NCBI GenBank assembly: GCA_951406725.2
Contig: OX597825.1
Coordinates: 77,748,001-77,812,000 of the forward strand
DNA length: 64,000 nt
Direction: 5' to 3'
From: Octopus vulgaris
Taxonomy: Eukaryota
How positions within the stretch are numbered: position 1 is the first letter of the stretch; each line of letters starts with the position of its first letter. This document shows, in pieces, positions 28,289 to 42,860 of the stretch. Under the pieces are notes generated by a model that ran no database searches, was not told where the DNA came from, and saw nothing but the letters and a program-made list of their open reading frames with translations. The position numbers were made by a program, and so were the translations under genes.

Positions 28289-28424
28289 ATAGGAAAAGGA
28301 AAGGTCCAAGGATGGGAATACGGAGAAAGAAAATCGCCAATGATACACACGCGGTCACAAATTAACAGAATGAGGTGTAAAATCCAAGGCTGTGAATAGT
28401 TTTCAGAACATTTATAAAGAGAAG

Positions 28425-28474
28425 GTCTTACAGCTGTTTCCGGGATATATCTTATATATCCCTTCATCAGAGAC
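28425..28474 (-). ncRNA. Minimal type-I hammerhead ribozyme motif, intact core
   Basis: Reverse complement gtct CTGATGA a GGGATATAT aag ATATATCCC g GAAA CAGCTG TA agac. Confidence 0.75.
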
Positions 28475-28670
28475 GGTGCGAGAAAATGTTTAGCAGAATG
28501 GTGTATATATATAAGGAAACTTATACATACAACATTCTGCTTAAATAATGGAACTGCAAATACAATATCCTTACGTAACTCATGTCTGCTTTCATTCCTC
28601 CACATCACTCTGTATTTCATATCTTCTCTATAATAACTATTACTTAAACATTTTCTCACACCGTATATAC

Positions 28671-28727
<57 letters not shown>

Positions 28728-28843
28728 CACATGCAGTTATATATACATATATGTATACATATATATTTATGTATATGTATGTACGTATGCATGTATAAAT
28801 GCATATATGTAATTGTGTATACACATATATGCATGCTTATATG

Positions 28844-28878
<35 letters not shown>

Positions 28879-31396
28879 GTTTCTGTGTTTATATACCTAT
28901 ATATACACATACATACGTATTTGTGTGTGAGAGTGAGTGTCTATGTGTGTCAGCGGAGAGAGAAACGGAGCGAGAGTGTATGCGTGCGTGAGTGTGTGAC
29001 TCTGTGTGTATGTGTGTGTGCATGTGTGCTTGTGTGTGTGAGTGCATGTGTGCCACGTGTTTGTATGTGTGCAGTTGTGTTTGTCTGTGCGTCTGCTTTT
29101 GCAGATCGAATTGTCTGATGAAGTTGCTGTCACTAAATACAATACATCTGTGTAATTAAAGTGCTGACTCAACAACGAGAAATAGTGACGACCAATACAT
29201 CACGACCACAGCCACCACCACCACCACCACCACCACCATTACCCCCTTAGCCACCACCACCACCACCTTGGCCACGACCACCACATCAGTTTGCACTGAA
29301 GACCACCTTTCAACAGAAACTGTCACAGAATTATAACAATCTTGAAACTTCCCTTTCGCCTTCCTATGGCTGTTAAGTGGAGAGCATGGTTATTTCATTC
29401 TGGTTATTTTAAATGGCTATTGTGAACAACAGCGTCGTTGATTAGAGGTTTCCAGTTGAATGATCGCCGTTCCACTGTATTTAGAATGACGAGCGCGATA
29501 ATGCGAGATAACTATGGCAGAATAAAATATTGCAGGGCTTTGTCGGTCAAAAGAATCGTTTTATTGACTCTCCGATCGGTTATTGATATGTATGTCTTGG
29601 TTGTAATATACTGGAAACACACACGATCACACTCGCATATATATAAGTACATACATGCACACATAAATACATATAAATAAATGTTGAGTGTGTGTTTGTG
29701 TGAGACGTTATTAAGCAGTTTTGTTTTTTACAATACAAAACAAGTTTAAGATTTTCGGAGTTGCGTCACGCATGACTTCAGTCAGCCGAATCCAGAAACT
29801 TCGAGGTTACTGTCAAACTTGTTTTAGTCATTACACTACAGATATGCTGGGACACTGTCTTGATGAATTTTAATTAAACTAATCAACCTCAAGACTAATT
29901 ATTTTAAAGCCTGGTATATTACGGATTGAGACGTCATCACACCAATGCCTTTTGTCGAGCGGCGTTCGGGTAGAAATATAGACACAAACACATAGATACA
30001 CACACACACAGACGCACACATACATACACACACATGTATATATATATATATATATCCACACACATACGCACACATATACATGTATGTATATGTGTGTGTA
30101 CATGTATATATACAGGAGTTGCTGTGTGGTAAGTAGCTTGCTTATCAACCAGATGGTTCCGGGTTCAGTCCCACTGCGTGACACCTTGGGCGAGTGTCTT
30201 CAACTATAGCCTCAGGCCGACCAAAGCCTTGTGAGAGGATTTAGTAGACGGAATCCTCAGCTGCACAAAGACATAGAATCTCCTTCACTTCAGCTTGGAA
30301 GCTACTAAGGTATCAGGAAGAAAGACTTGTAACAGATTTAGCTTGTCAGTATTTTATGGGGTCAGTTTTAATTTATAGACTAGTTTTATCAAATCCCTGT
30401 ATATCTAAGGCCGAGAAAACAAGGACCAGGTTCAGTTAGGGGTAGGGCCGAGGGAGTCAACAGAAATCATAGTGGGTATAGTCATAAAAATCAAGATTTA
30501 TTAGAAGCAATATCGCGAGGTTTGGTAAAGGAAAACTTAAAACAAGATGTTAGCTGATAATTAAGTGGGCCGGCCACTAGCAGACCATTCATAATGAAAC
30601 AGAGAAAATTTTATTATGTATTACTATAGTTAAATATTTTAAACAATATTGCTATATTGTATAAAGTTAAAGTTTAGGGTTATTCAGAGGATTATTAAGA
30701 ATATAACAAAAGGATAAAAAGTTTTTGGAATACTTTTGAGTATATACCAAACTTTTACCACAACAGAGAGAGGAAAAGAAATTATCTAGAAATCGTTTGA
30801 TATTCATACATATTATATACTTAAATACTAACTTATCAGATGTTATCTGTGAATATTGATCAATTAGTATATACTGGTATTTAATAAAGGAGTACTAATG
30901 TAAAAGAACATGCTAACTAAATATTAATTAAATTATAATCTAAGCAGTTTATTATAAGTAGTGAATATACCAGTATTGTTTAATATAATCTAATTATGAA
31001 TTTATAGAGGTACAAAAATTAGATTTATTTTATAAATAAATAAAGGCTATTATAAAATAACAAAGAAATAAAATATTCAGGTAGGGCAGTATACCATAGG
31101 AAAGAAATAAAATAGCTTAATCACTAAAACCATGATAAACTATATGTAGCTTATTAACAACAATAGAGAAGATTTATAGAAAATGTATAATAATTCAAAA
31201 TATATTAAGCTAAAAATTGTTTATTAATTTATTTAGCTTATTACAATCAAGACTGATACCTGGTATTGGTTAAAAGAATATTGCTGTTAAAAGGTCATGC
31301 TAATTATATAATAATATTAAATTAAGAGGTATAATATAGGTTTCAAAAGTTATTAGTGTTAATCCGATACAGTTTCTTAGGGGTACTTTATTGCTT

Positions 31397-31932
31397 TATT
31401 GCTTTCCAGTAAAGGATAGCCCGTGAGGGTAAAATTATGCATAAAAGTAAATAAATGGCACAACGAAGCACCGATATTTACTGGAAAATAGCGGACGTAA
31501 TAAATACGACGCTAATGTATAGCTTTGCTGCGTATGTACTAGTAAAGATGCATGTGTGCAACAAACATAAAAAAAAGTGTCTTACCTCTAGGAAGGACAT
31601 GAAATACCTAGAAACTGATAATGCAGTACTGGTTTCAGATTCTTCAAAATACGTCTGCCAACGTATATTTGATTTATCTTCATCAGCTACATATACCTCG
31701 ACAATATTTCAAATGTTGCCACATCTATGCCAGTACACTCGTCTGAACGCCAAAACGTTAACAGAACGAGAACAGTGAAGAAGTTTCAATGAAAATAGTA
31801 ATGCAATACGAGAGTATTGCTTTCCAGTAAAAGATAGCCCGTGAGGGTAAAATTATACATAAAAGTAAATAAATGGCACAACGAAGCACTGATATTTACG
31901 GGAAAATAGCGAACGTAATAAATACGATGCTA

Positions 31933-31934
<2 letters not shown>
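31397..31934 (+). repeat. Direct repeats of about 120 bp flanking about 300 bp of unique sequence
   Basis: ttgctttccagtaaa..cccgtgagggtaaaatt...gctaat at about 31397-31516 and 31815-31934. Confidence 0.85.
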
Positions 31935-31965
<31 letters not shown>

Positions 31966-32060
31966 TATATATTACATACATATAATAGGAATGACCACTA
32001 TGTGGACTCCTAATATGCTGAATGTAGACCTCATTTTATTTAAATGTATGTACATGTGTA

Positions 32061-32105
<45 letters not shown>

Positions 32106-32344
32106 CTGTGTGTCTGTGTTTGCCCCCCCCACACACACACACACACCATTGCTTGACAACTGATCTTGGTGTGTTTACGTCCCCCTAACTTGACGGTTCG
32201 GCAAAAGAGACCGATAGAATAAGTACTAGGCTTACAAAGAATAAGTCATGGCGTTGATTTGTTCGAGTAAAGGCGATGCTCCAGCATCGCCGCAGTCAAA
32301 TGACTAAAACAAACAAAAGAATAAAATAATACATCTATACACAC

Positions 32345-32422
<78 letters not shown>

Positions 32423-33164
32423 AATGGGCTTCATTCAGTTTCCATCTTCCAAATCCACTGACAAGTCTCCGGTCGGCCTGGGGCTATAGTAGAAGCCATT
32501 TGCTCAAGTCTCACATATTGTGTATGTGTGTGGGAGGTATGTGGGTGTGTGGGTGTGGGTGTTGCAATTAAGTGTACGGGTGGCAAGTGGAAGAGAGAGA
32601 GAGAGAGAGAGAGAGAGTTTGAAGGAGAAAATACTAAAGAATTAAAATAGACGAATAACTGAACAGAACGAAAAGACACTAGCGCCAGGATAGTAACCAT
32701 GTGTCGTTGTTCAGTCAAGAAATTCCTTAAATACCTCCATCCTTTCCATCTAATCTTTTTGACTTAACATTCTACAGTTGCAGCATTATCTCACTTCCTA
32801 CACACAATCGATATTTCGCCATAGACGTGTCCCTATTTTTGTGCCCAACCTATGTCGCTCAACTACCAACACCACCACCGTCACCACCACGTCCACGGCC
32901 ACCGACTCATCCCTCTCAGCCTGCTTGTAATCTTCTTCAAATCATTCCAGTCCTTCTTTACGTTCGATGCCAACACACGCCCTCCTTCTTCTTATTCCTC
33001 CTTTACCGAAAAACTCATCTTTTGACTGTTCATTCAATAAGTGTTGCGTTATTGATTGGACGCCTGTGAAAGCGGCAGATGTCACACTTACACACATTCG
33101 ATAATGTTTCATACAAAATTGCTTAATAACACTTCGACAACGCTGACGATGACCACTTTCAACA

Positions 33165-33189
33165 CACTTGTTGTTGTTGTTGTTATTGT

Positions 33190-33245
<56 letters not shown>

Positions 33246-33251
33246 TTACTC

Positions 33252-33295
<44 letters not shown>

Positions 33296-33382
33296 TCTGC
33301 TATTATTGTTGTTGCTGTTCGCTTTGTTACAATTGTTGTTGTTATTGTTGTTGTCGCTGTTGTTGTTGTTGTTGTTGTTGTT

Positions 33383-33414
<32 letters not shown>

Positions 33415-33422
33415 TATTATTA

Positions 33423-33468
<46 letters not shown>

Positions 33469-33543
33469 CAATATCATCATTTTTATTATTATCATTATTA
33501 TTATTATTATTATTATTTATTATAATTATTATTATTATTATTA

Positions 33544-33623
<80 letters not shown>

Positions 33624-33635
33624 GAGTGAGAGAGC

Positions 33636-33669
<34 letters not shown>

Positions 33670-33670
33670 G
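33165..33670. repeat. Compound trinucleotide microsatellite (GTT/ACT/ATT/ATC)
   Basis: About 500 bp of directly visible trinucleotide arrays. A similar block lies at 54335-54830. Confidence 0.95.
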
Positions 33671-33799
33671 CTGTTGTCATTTGTTGTTAATTTCCCCTGC
33701 CGCTGCTGATAGTGTGTTGTAGTTCTTGTTATTACTAATCTGTAGTAGTAGTAGTAGTTGTTGTTGTTGTTGTTCTTTTTAATTTAGTTGCTTCTATAA

Positions 33800-34130
33800 G
33801 ACGGCGAGCTGGCAGAATCGTGAGCACGCCGGACGAGATGTTTAGCAGGCATTTCGTCCGTCTTTACGTTCTGAGTTCAAATCCCGCCGAGGTCGAATTT
33901 ACCTATCATCCTTTCGGGGTCGATAAAATAAGTACCATTTGAGCACTGGGGCCGATCCAATCAACTTCTCCCCTCCCTACATTTGCTCTCCTTCTTCCAA
34001 ACATTGAAACGAATTTAGTTACTACTGGAAAGCGTCGAACTGACTCCATCTTTTCCGCACCGGGCAAAATGCTTAGCACCCTGTCACCTGTTTTTACATA
34101 CTGAATTCAAAATCCACCGAGGTCGACTTT
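33800..34130 (+). mobile_element. SINE family B copy plus a second partial copy
   Basis: ggcgagctggcagaatcg...gagttcaaatcccgccgaggtcga...ggggtcgataaaataagtacc. Confidence 0.75.
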
Positions 34131-34973
34131 GTTGTTTTTGCTGTTCTTACAACTGTTGTAGACGTTGTTGTTCTTGTTCTTGCTGCTAATATTTTTACAT
34201 TTATTGTTATTGTTTTTATCCTTGTTGTTGTTTTTGTTTTGTCAACGTTGTTGTTGTTCTTCTTCTTCCTCCAATCAGGACTCACGCCATTAGCCACGAA
34301 AAATAATCTCCAATTCGAGCCTACTCTAAGCTACTAAGAATAAGTGTGGCAACTTGAAGATCCACCCACCACACGCGATAGACTGGCGGTTGAACGGGCG
34401 CCAAAGCTACGTTCTTATCCTCATACTGTAAACGGTGGCTTTTAACGGGTGGAGAGCTGAACCATCCTGGGATACAGAGGATTCGCAATCTAGACTAGGG
34501 TCTGAACGTTTACCACACGAGTTCAAATATTCGAAAGCAAAGCAAAAAAGAAAAATATGCAATTATATCAAAAATCAAGGGGCATAACGTTTGAGAACTA
34601 TAACGTTTATAGTATTTTTTCACAGCATCCAGAAGCCGGATGTGACATACGTCACTTTCAATAATGAGTAGTCGACATATTGTTTTTTCCATATATATAT
34701 GGAAAAAATATATCGTTTACTCTCCATTATTGAAAGAGAGAGAGAGAGAGAGAGAAACAGAGGGATAAAGGAGATAGAGAAATAAACAGACTGAAAGGTG
34801 CATACATACATAGATGCATAGATACATACATACATACATACGTACATACATACATACATACATACATACATACATACATACATACATACATACATACATA
34901 GAGATATACAGTGAGCTATATTCTTAGGCTCACAAATGTAAATCGGTATTTGTGTGTATAATTATCACTTCAG

Positions 34974-35030
<57 letters not shown>

Positions 35031-35468
35031 AATATATATACACATGTATATGTGTGCTTATATACATATTAACTTATATATAGCTGAGCCGATGTACATA
35101 TATATACTCGTTGTATACATGCAAATCCTGAATAGAATTTATCCATGAATTCATAAATGCAAAAGCATACAAAGAATTACACGCGTAAAAAAACATATAA
35201 TCACCAATAAACTTCAGTCATACACACTGACGCATACACGTACACATACATTTGTATACATATGCATATTATATAACTTGTGTGTATGTGTCAGTGTGTG
35301 TAGGAGGCGGGGGAGTTCAATACGGATAAAATCTCTTCCCACGGGCCAACAACACGTATAAACTAAACGAATTAAATTCTTAAAATCTAAGAAGTTTGCC
35401 ACACAAACAACAAAATTCGAAACGTAAGCCAATTTGCACACACACGCGGATATAAGTATATCTATATA

Positions 35469-35513
<45 letters not shown>

Positions 35514-35527
35514 CATACATACATACA

Positions 35528-35563
<36 letters not shown>

Positions 35564-35574
35564 TATATACATAC

Positions 35575-35607
<33 letters not shown>

Positions 35608-35635
35608 CATATATATAAATGTGTGTGTGTGTATG

Positions 35636-35681
<46 letters not shown>

Positions 35682-36180
35682 TATATATATATATATATTT
35701 ATACATACACAAATACATATACACACACATGCAAATATATATGTATGTGCATGTGTGTGTGTGTGAGCGAGATAATAGAAAGTTGCATATCGAAGTAGAA
35801 TTTAATAAGTGAAGATGTCCGAACAATTGCAAAGTCGAATCTTTTGGCATCTATAGTGTGAGATTAAGTTTTAAGTAAGATTCAGCGGTTTGTTCAATCA
35901 GATGCTTAAATTAATGTTAGTTTTGTACGACCAACGGTAAATATGTGTGTACAAATAAATACAACAAATATATATATACAAATACATGTATATGCGAATA
36001 TATATGTATATATATATGTATATATATATATATACCTTAATATAAACATGTATATATATATGCATATATACACATATGTATATATATGTTTGTGTGTGTG
36101 TGTATATGTAAATATACACACATCCATTTATTGATTGATTGATAGCTATGTGTTTATATATACACACACACACTCATACA

Positions 36181-36228
<48 letters not shown>

Positions 36229-36889
36229 TTTAAGCCGTGCATATCTGTGTCAATGTGTCTCTCCGCTGTTTAGGTGTACGTCCTACGAGTGCGTATGTGT
36301 GTATGTCTGTGTGTGTGCATGTTTGCATGACCTGTGTGTGTGTGTTCTTTGTGTATTCTTTTGATACATTCAAGAAAGTATATTTTTGATGCATAAATGA
36401 ATTGTCACAGAGTGCTCAATACTGTAAACAGCAGCGCAATGCAAATATTTACATAATGGTACGTTCAAATATGTACTATCTATATATGCAAATATTTAAT
36501 TAAATAGTAATTGAAAATGTTTATTGCCGTAGATTTTAGGTTTAAATCTCCCACAAAATTTCACGAAAAGCAAAGACGTTTATGGCCTCAATCTTGGACA
36601 ATGTAAATGGGTAATTGGTTTATTGTAAATTGTTTAATAAGTTACCGAGCATATCAAAATGTGCAAAGTTGCTAATTTACGTATATTCCATAGTGACAAT
36701 GTCGCGCTCGTTAGCCACCGCATATGCGATACAATTTTTCTCTTGCTTAACTCTTGCTATTTATGTATTTATGTTTATTTTGTCATTAGTTGACAGAGAT
36801 TTCTAGTGACCATAGGTTTCATGTAATGTAAATGTAAGATTTGCTACATGCAACTTGTAATTTTTAATTTTTGTTATGTATCAAGATAC

Positions 36890-37200
36890 TGGAGGCGTAA
36901 TGGCTTAGAGGTTAGGGCAGCGGACTCGCGGTCGTAGGATCGCGGTTTCGATTCCCAGACCGGGTGTTGTGTGTGTTTATTGAGCGAAAACACCTAAAGC
37001 TCCACGAGGCTCCGGCAGGGGGTAGTGGCGATCCCTGCTGTACTCTTTCGCCACAAATTTCTCTCACTCTTTCTTCTGTTGGCCTGCTCGATTAGCCAGC
37101 GGGGTGGCGTTATTTGAAGGCTAAAACAATGCGAAGCGCATTGTGACCAGCGATGTGTAACAACATCTGATAGTCTGGTCGGTCACGGTGATCACGGTGA
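36890..37200 (+). mobile_element. tRNA-derived SINE family C, full copy
   Basis: A/B-box head ggaggcgtaatggcttagaggttag...ggtttcgattccc and tail tcacggtga repeats. An inverted fragment of the same family lies at 1315-1425. Confidence 0.75.
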
Positions 37201-37449
37201 CCTAGATACAAGTAGCCTTATGTTGAAAATTTATATCATGTCAACATACACTCCGATTACCTAGGTTTCAGGGTTGATGTGATGGGAAGTTATGTTCAGG
37301 AAAATTAAAATGAAATAGGCGAAAACAGCTACTCTACGTGTTTCTGCTACTCTTAAATTGTGCGACATTTCCCAAACATATAATAATCGGATTTAACAAT
37401 GCTTCAGATCAAAATTCAGTCCTAGCAAACCAGATTCGCCCTCGGAATA

Positions 37450-37847
37450 TCTTTATATATAAAAGTAAGGTTGTGTGTCTGTCTCCTACGATTTAGATTC
37501 CTAACTACTCCCACATTTTGCGGTGCAGTTTAACCAAAACCGGGTATCTTATAGTCGTGATTCATATCGAGCCCTTCTAGGTATTAGCGCGCGTCTACGA
37601 TGAGTCTACGATTTTAAAACTAATTTACCATCATTTTTTTCCATTTTAATGCATTTTTTTCGCTATTATATAAGGGAGGTAACTCTCTAAAAATGTCTAC
37701 GATGACTCAACGATTTAAAAAAAAATTTACCATAATTTTTTTTCCATTTTTAATGCATTTTTTTGCTATTTTTTGGCTATAACTCTCTAAAAATGCTTTA
37801 TAGTTATTTCCCTTACAAACCCGAGCAACGCCGGGTGATACTGCTAG
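37450..37847 (+). mobile_element. Non-autonomous Helitron
   Basis: Begins A|TC and ends with hairpin cccg-agcaacgc-cggg then CTAG|T. No TSD. Carries an internal duplication of about 80-100 bp. Confidence 0.75.
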
Positions 37848-37889
37848 TATAATATAACCCTGGAAATATAGCGCATCTGTAACGGGAGT

Positions 37890-38340
37890 TGAACACAACA
37901 TACAGGTGGGCTGAGGACAATAACATGCAGTTTAATGCTGGAAAATTCTAAGCCCTGGTCTATGGACAGGATACACTGCCCCAGGAAGAATTGCAATCCC
38001 CAAATCCGAATGAGTGATTGACTTGGGCATTGACATGAGTAATGATGCATGTTTCCATGTGCATATTACTAATTTGGTAATAAAATGCAGACGGCTAGCT
38101 GGAAGGATCCGAAGTTTCAGAACAAGAGTACAGGAAACCATGTTGGTCCTTTGGCGGACATATGTCCTCAGGCGCTTAAACTACTGGTCCCATCTATGGT
38201 CACCACGCAGTATAAAATTAACGGCGGAACTCGAAGCAATTCAGCGGAGCTACACAAGGAAAATCGCCTCAGTGCAACATGTCAGCTACTGGGAGAGATT
38301 GAAAGAATTAAATCGCTTTTTCCTAGAACGAAGACGAGAC
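37890..38340 (+). mobile_element. CR1/L2-like LINE 3' fragment
   Basis: DLGIDMSND...LWRTYV...LEAIQRSYTRKI...SYWERLKELN...LERRR. Confidence 0.8.
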
Positions 38341-38341
38341 T

Positions 38342-38421
<80 letters not shown>

Positions 38422-38529
38422 CATACATACATACATACATACATGCATGCATACATACATACATACATACATGCATACATACATACATACATACATACAT
38501 ACATACATACATACATACATACAAACATA

Positions 38530-39820
38530 CGAGTGACGTTCAATAAGTAATGCCTCTGACCCACTTGCAGTTGTTTGATCTAGCTGAAATTTTGCATGTG
38601 CAATTATTTATATCTCTATAGAGTAAGTGGCAAATTACAGCTCTGAATTAATTGTGGTTTCTGATTTACAGGTGTTTGAACCGAGTCAAGTGTGAAATGG
38701 AGCCTGTTGAGTGTCGAGCAGTGATCCGGTTTTTGTATTTGAAAGGACGCACACCACGGGAGACTTTTGATGAAATGAAAGTAACTTATGGTGAGGATGC
38801 CCCATCATATGACCTTGTAAAACGCTGGCATCGTGAATTCAAACATGGTCGGAACTCTGTGGAAACTGCTCCCAGATCTGGTCGCCCCCTTCTGCCATTG
38901 ATGAGGCATCTGTCCGTCAAGTTGAGTCTGCCATTTTGGAAGATCGACGCATAATTATTCGCCAAATAGCCCATGAGGTCAAGATTAGTACCGGGTCTGT
39001 GGAAACTATCATCCATGACCATTTGCATATGCAAAAGGTGTCTGCCAGATGGATTCCCAGGCTGCTCACGCCTTTCCAGAAGCAAGAACGCGTCGAGTGT
39101 TCGAGGGTGAATTTGGAGATGTGCCAAGAAGATGAGTCAAAATTTTTCAAAAGACTGGTTACACAGGATGAAACCTGGGTCCATCACGATGATCCAGAGA
39201 CCAAAGCCCAGTCAATGCAGTGGAAGCACCGTAACTCACCCCCTCCAAAGAAGGCAAGGGTGCAGCCCTCCGCTGGCAAGGTCATGCTCACAGTCTTCTG
39301 GGACCAGGACGGAGTAGTGATGACAGATTTCCCTGGCAAAGGGTACCACAATTGCAGGAGCCTATTATGCTTCACTTTTGAGGAAATTAAGAGAAGTTAT
39401 CAAAATCAAGAGGCGGGGCAAGATCAGCAAAGGCATCCTCCTCCTGCAGGACAACGCTCCGGTCCACAACTCGCTTGTCGCCAGATCAGAAGCACAGGCG
39501 TATGGCTATGAACTCCTCCCCATCCCCCTACTTTCCTGACCTTGGACCCTCTGATTTTCATCTCTTCCCAATCATGAAGTTGTTTTTGAAAGGAAAGCGT
39601 TTCCCAGATGATGCAGCCTTGATTTCTGAAGTCACGTTGAGGTTGGAGGACCAAGCTGGGTTCTTCTACAAAAACGGTCTCCAGAGCCGCATCAAACGAT
39701 GGGAGAAATACGTAACTCTGGGTGGTTCCTATGTAGAAAAAGACTAATAACTGTGCCAAGTTTCGTTGCTCTACTGCTATGGGAAGTGGGTCAGGGGCAT
39801 TACTTATTGAACGCCCCTCG
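38530..39820 (+). mobile_element. Full-length mariner element with frameshifted transposase
   Basis: About 37-bp imperfect TIRs (cgagtgacgttcaataagtaatgcc... / ...ggcattacttattgaacgcccctcg) flanked by TA. Transposase runs from ATG 38697 to 39747 across several frames, with WIPRLL, TQDETW, QDNAPVH and PDLGPSDFHLF motifs. Confidence 0.93.
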
Positions 39821-39982
39821 TACATACATACATACATACATACATACATACATACATACATACATACATACATACATACATACATACATACATACATACA
39901 CATAGATTTATACATATACAGATAGATATGTATGGAAATCTATGTATACGCATATAAATATATTCGTGGATGCATATATAAG

Positions 39983-40065
<83 letters not shown>

Positions 40066-40980
40066 CACAAATGTCTATAAACATATGGGTATATAAAAGT
40101 GTGTTTGTGTGTATTTTGTATTTGTGTATACAATTCAGCGTATTCTGTTGCAAGCCCCGGAAACAAACAACCGATCACAAAATTGCGACCATTTTCAGAT
40201 TTTTTAAGTCTAGCCACCATTGCAATGACATAAAATTATTTTGTTGAATATTTATAGCAAAACTGATATCTTTGTGATGGCCAACATTGGTAAGTATTTT
40301 CGTCTTCAGAATAATCCAGAGTGAATATTCTTCAAATTATGAATTCCTATCACAGAAGCAATAAGTTGAATGAGATTTCGTGTTTGTGTGTCCTTTCTTT
40401 TTTTCCCCTTTTTTCCCTTTTTGTCTTTCTATTTTTCTTTACTTCTTTCTTTTGTTCTTCCTTTCTTGTTTCTTTTGGTTTTTGCTGCTTGATTTTCCTT
40501 GCGACAATTCATTTCTCTGTGCAATGTTTAATATTCTATATTAGAAAATTTGGAAATGTAGGATTTATGACGATTCCTTACACACACACACACACTCACA
40601 CACACACACACATCATCCACACACAGTCACATCATCCACACACAAACGCGTGCATGAATACGTATATCTTATGTATCGTATATATCTGTGCATGAAGATA
40701 TATGTTTTGCATGTATATGTGTATACATGTATGTATTCGAATATATTATATATATATGTGTGTGTATGTGTGTGAGTGTGTCTGGGTGAGTGTGTGTGTA
40801 TGTGTGTGTATGTAACTAAGAACCAAGGAAATGCTAACGTTTTCAAATTTTAAAAAACCTGGTATTAAATTTCTTTTTGATTGAATGTATCTGTATGTGT
40901 GTGTGTTTGTGTGTGTGTGTATAATACGTAGATATAAGTATATGTATGTAGATATAAGTATATGTATGTATAGACAGACG

Positions 40981-41014
<34 letters not shown>

Positions 41015-41061
41015 TAGATAGATAGATACATAGATAGATACATACATACATACATACATAC

Positions 41062-41201
<140 letters not shown>

Positions 41202-41602
41202 ACTGTCCCAAATGTCAAATCACTGGAAATGAAGGTATTCCAAACGGAACACAGACGCTCAATAATACGCACACACATATGCGCAGTAACACATATGTAC
41301 ATATTCAGATAAACACACACACAAACGTACAGGCATGCTCACATACACACGCACATATCGAACAACGAAAGCAAACGGAAATATCTCATGCCAGAAATTT
41401 AAATTTATTATAGGGTAGGAGAAGGTGTGTTTGTGTCGGCAACAGTTGCGGATACGCCGTGTTTTCGAAGAAACGAGAAATCTATGAAAGCATTACGTGA
41501 TATACTGAAACTATCACCGAATATTATAAGCGATCATTTTAATAGGAAACAAAAAGGAAAAGCATTTACATGCATCCTGAGTATTTAATTAAAAATAATC
41601 AT

Positions 41603-42010
41603 TAGGCGCAGGAGTGGCTGTGTGGTAAGTAGCTTGCTAACCAACCTCATGGTTCCGGGTTCAGTCCCACTGCGTGGCATCTTGGGCAAGTGTCTTCTGC
41701 TATAGCCTCGGGCCGACCAATGCCTTGTGAGTGGATTTCGTAGACGGAAACTGAAAGAAGCCTGTCGTATATATGTGTATATATATATGTATGTGTGTGT
41801 GTGTTTGTGTGTCTGTGTTTGTCCCCCTAGCATTGCTTGACAACCGATGCTGGTGTGTTTATGTCCCCGTTACTTAGCGGTTTGGCAAAGGAGACCGATA
41901 GAATAAGTACTGGGCTTACAAAAGAATAAGTCCCGGGGTCGAGTTGTTCGATTAAAGGCGGGGCTCCAGCATGGTCGCAGTCAAATGACTGAAACAAGTA
42001 AAAGAGTAAC
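41603..42010 (+). mobile_element. tRNA-derived SINE family A (CORE-like block, internal microsatellite), full copy
   Basis: Head ggcgcaggagtggctgtgtggtaag...ggttcagtccc, then ttgggcaagtgtctt, (TA/TG)n and tail ...gactgaaacaagtaaaagag. Many copies in the window. Confidence 0.85.
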
Positions 42011-42437
42011 TAAAAGATATATTAATGCATAAGAGTCAGGTTAAATTTGGAAATGATTCAATTCCTCGTCTGTCGCCTCATTCCGACATGCCACAGACAG
42101 CCAAAAATTTATGAGTGAAACATTTCATCTCCGTTATCATAAATTCTTTTCAACTGCCTTATCATACGATTCCGTAAACATTTAACAACATTCTGTACGG
42201 GAATCTGCATATCACTTGGATGATGAGGCGGCGTGGAGGCGATGAAATTTATGAACGTTAGGTTGTTACACATAGTGAGAATTTCATCGATCCAGATGTT
42301 CAGTAGATTCACACACAGATGCGCACACACATACACATACACATATACACATGTATATAAACATGAGTATATGTGTGTGTGCGTGTGTATATCTGTGGGT
42401 GTACGCTATGTTTGTACACAAGTATATGTATAGATAG

Positions 42438-42484
<47 letters not shown>

Positions 42485-42772
42485 CACACATACAGATTAT
42501 AAAATAAAGAAAGCCTTAAACTTATTTTACGACATCTGTTTCAAGATGATCCTAACTTATGTAATAGCCAGATTCATAATATGTGTATGACGACAAATCC
42601 AGATGAAATTGTTAAAGTAATTAGGCCTCATTTTTCTGGAGTGGCGTGATAAGTGCTCTACTCTCTGTTGTCTATACTGTAATTATTTTGCCTCTCTCTC
42701 TCTTTCACCCCTCTCTCTGTCTCTCTCGGTCTCCCTCTATCTATCTCTTCCTCCTCCTCCTCCTCTCTCTCC

Positions 42773-42860
<88 letters not shown>

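Noticed and set aside
30254-31390. Mitochondrial insertion (NUMT)
   Set aside because: No mitochondrial rRNA or protein motif was found in the frames I checked by eye. Left unassigned.
33056-33629. Long poly-I/L/V/Y ORFs resembling membrane proteins
   Set aside because: Stop-free frames of trinucleotide arrays.
40199-40289. Cryptic exon (ttttcag ... ttg|gtaagt)
   Set aside because: In-frame stop and no nAChR similarity; such sites are expected by chance in 37 kb.
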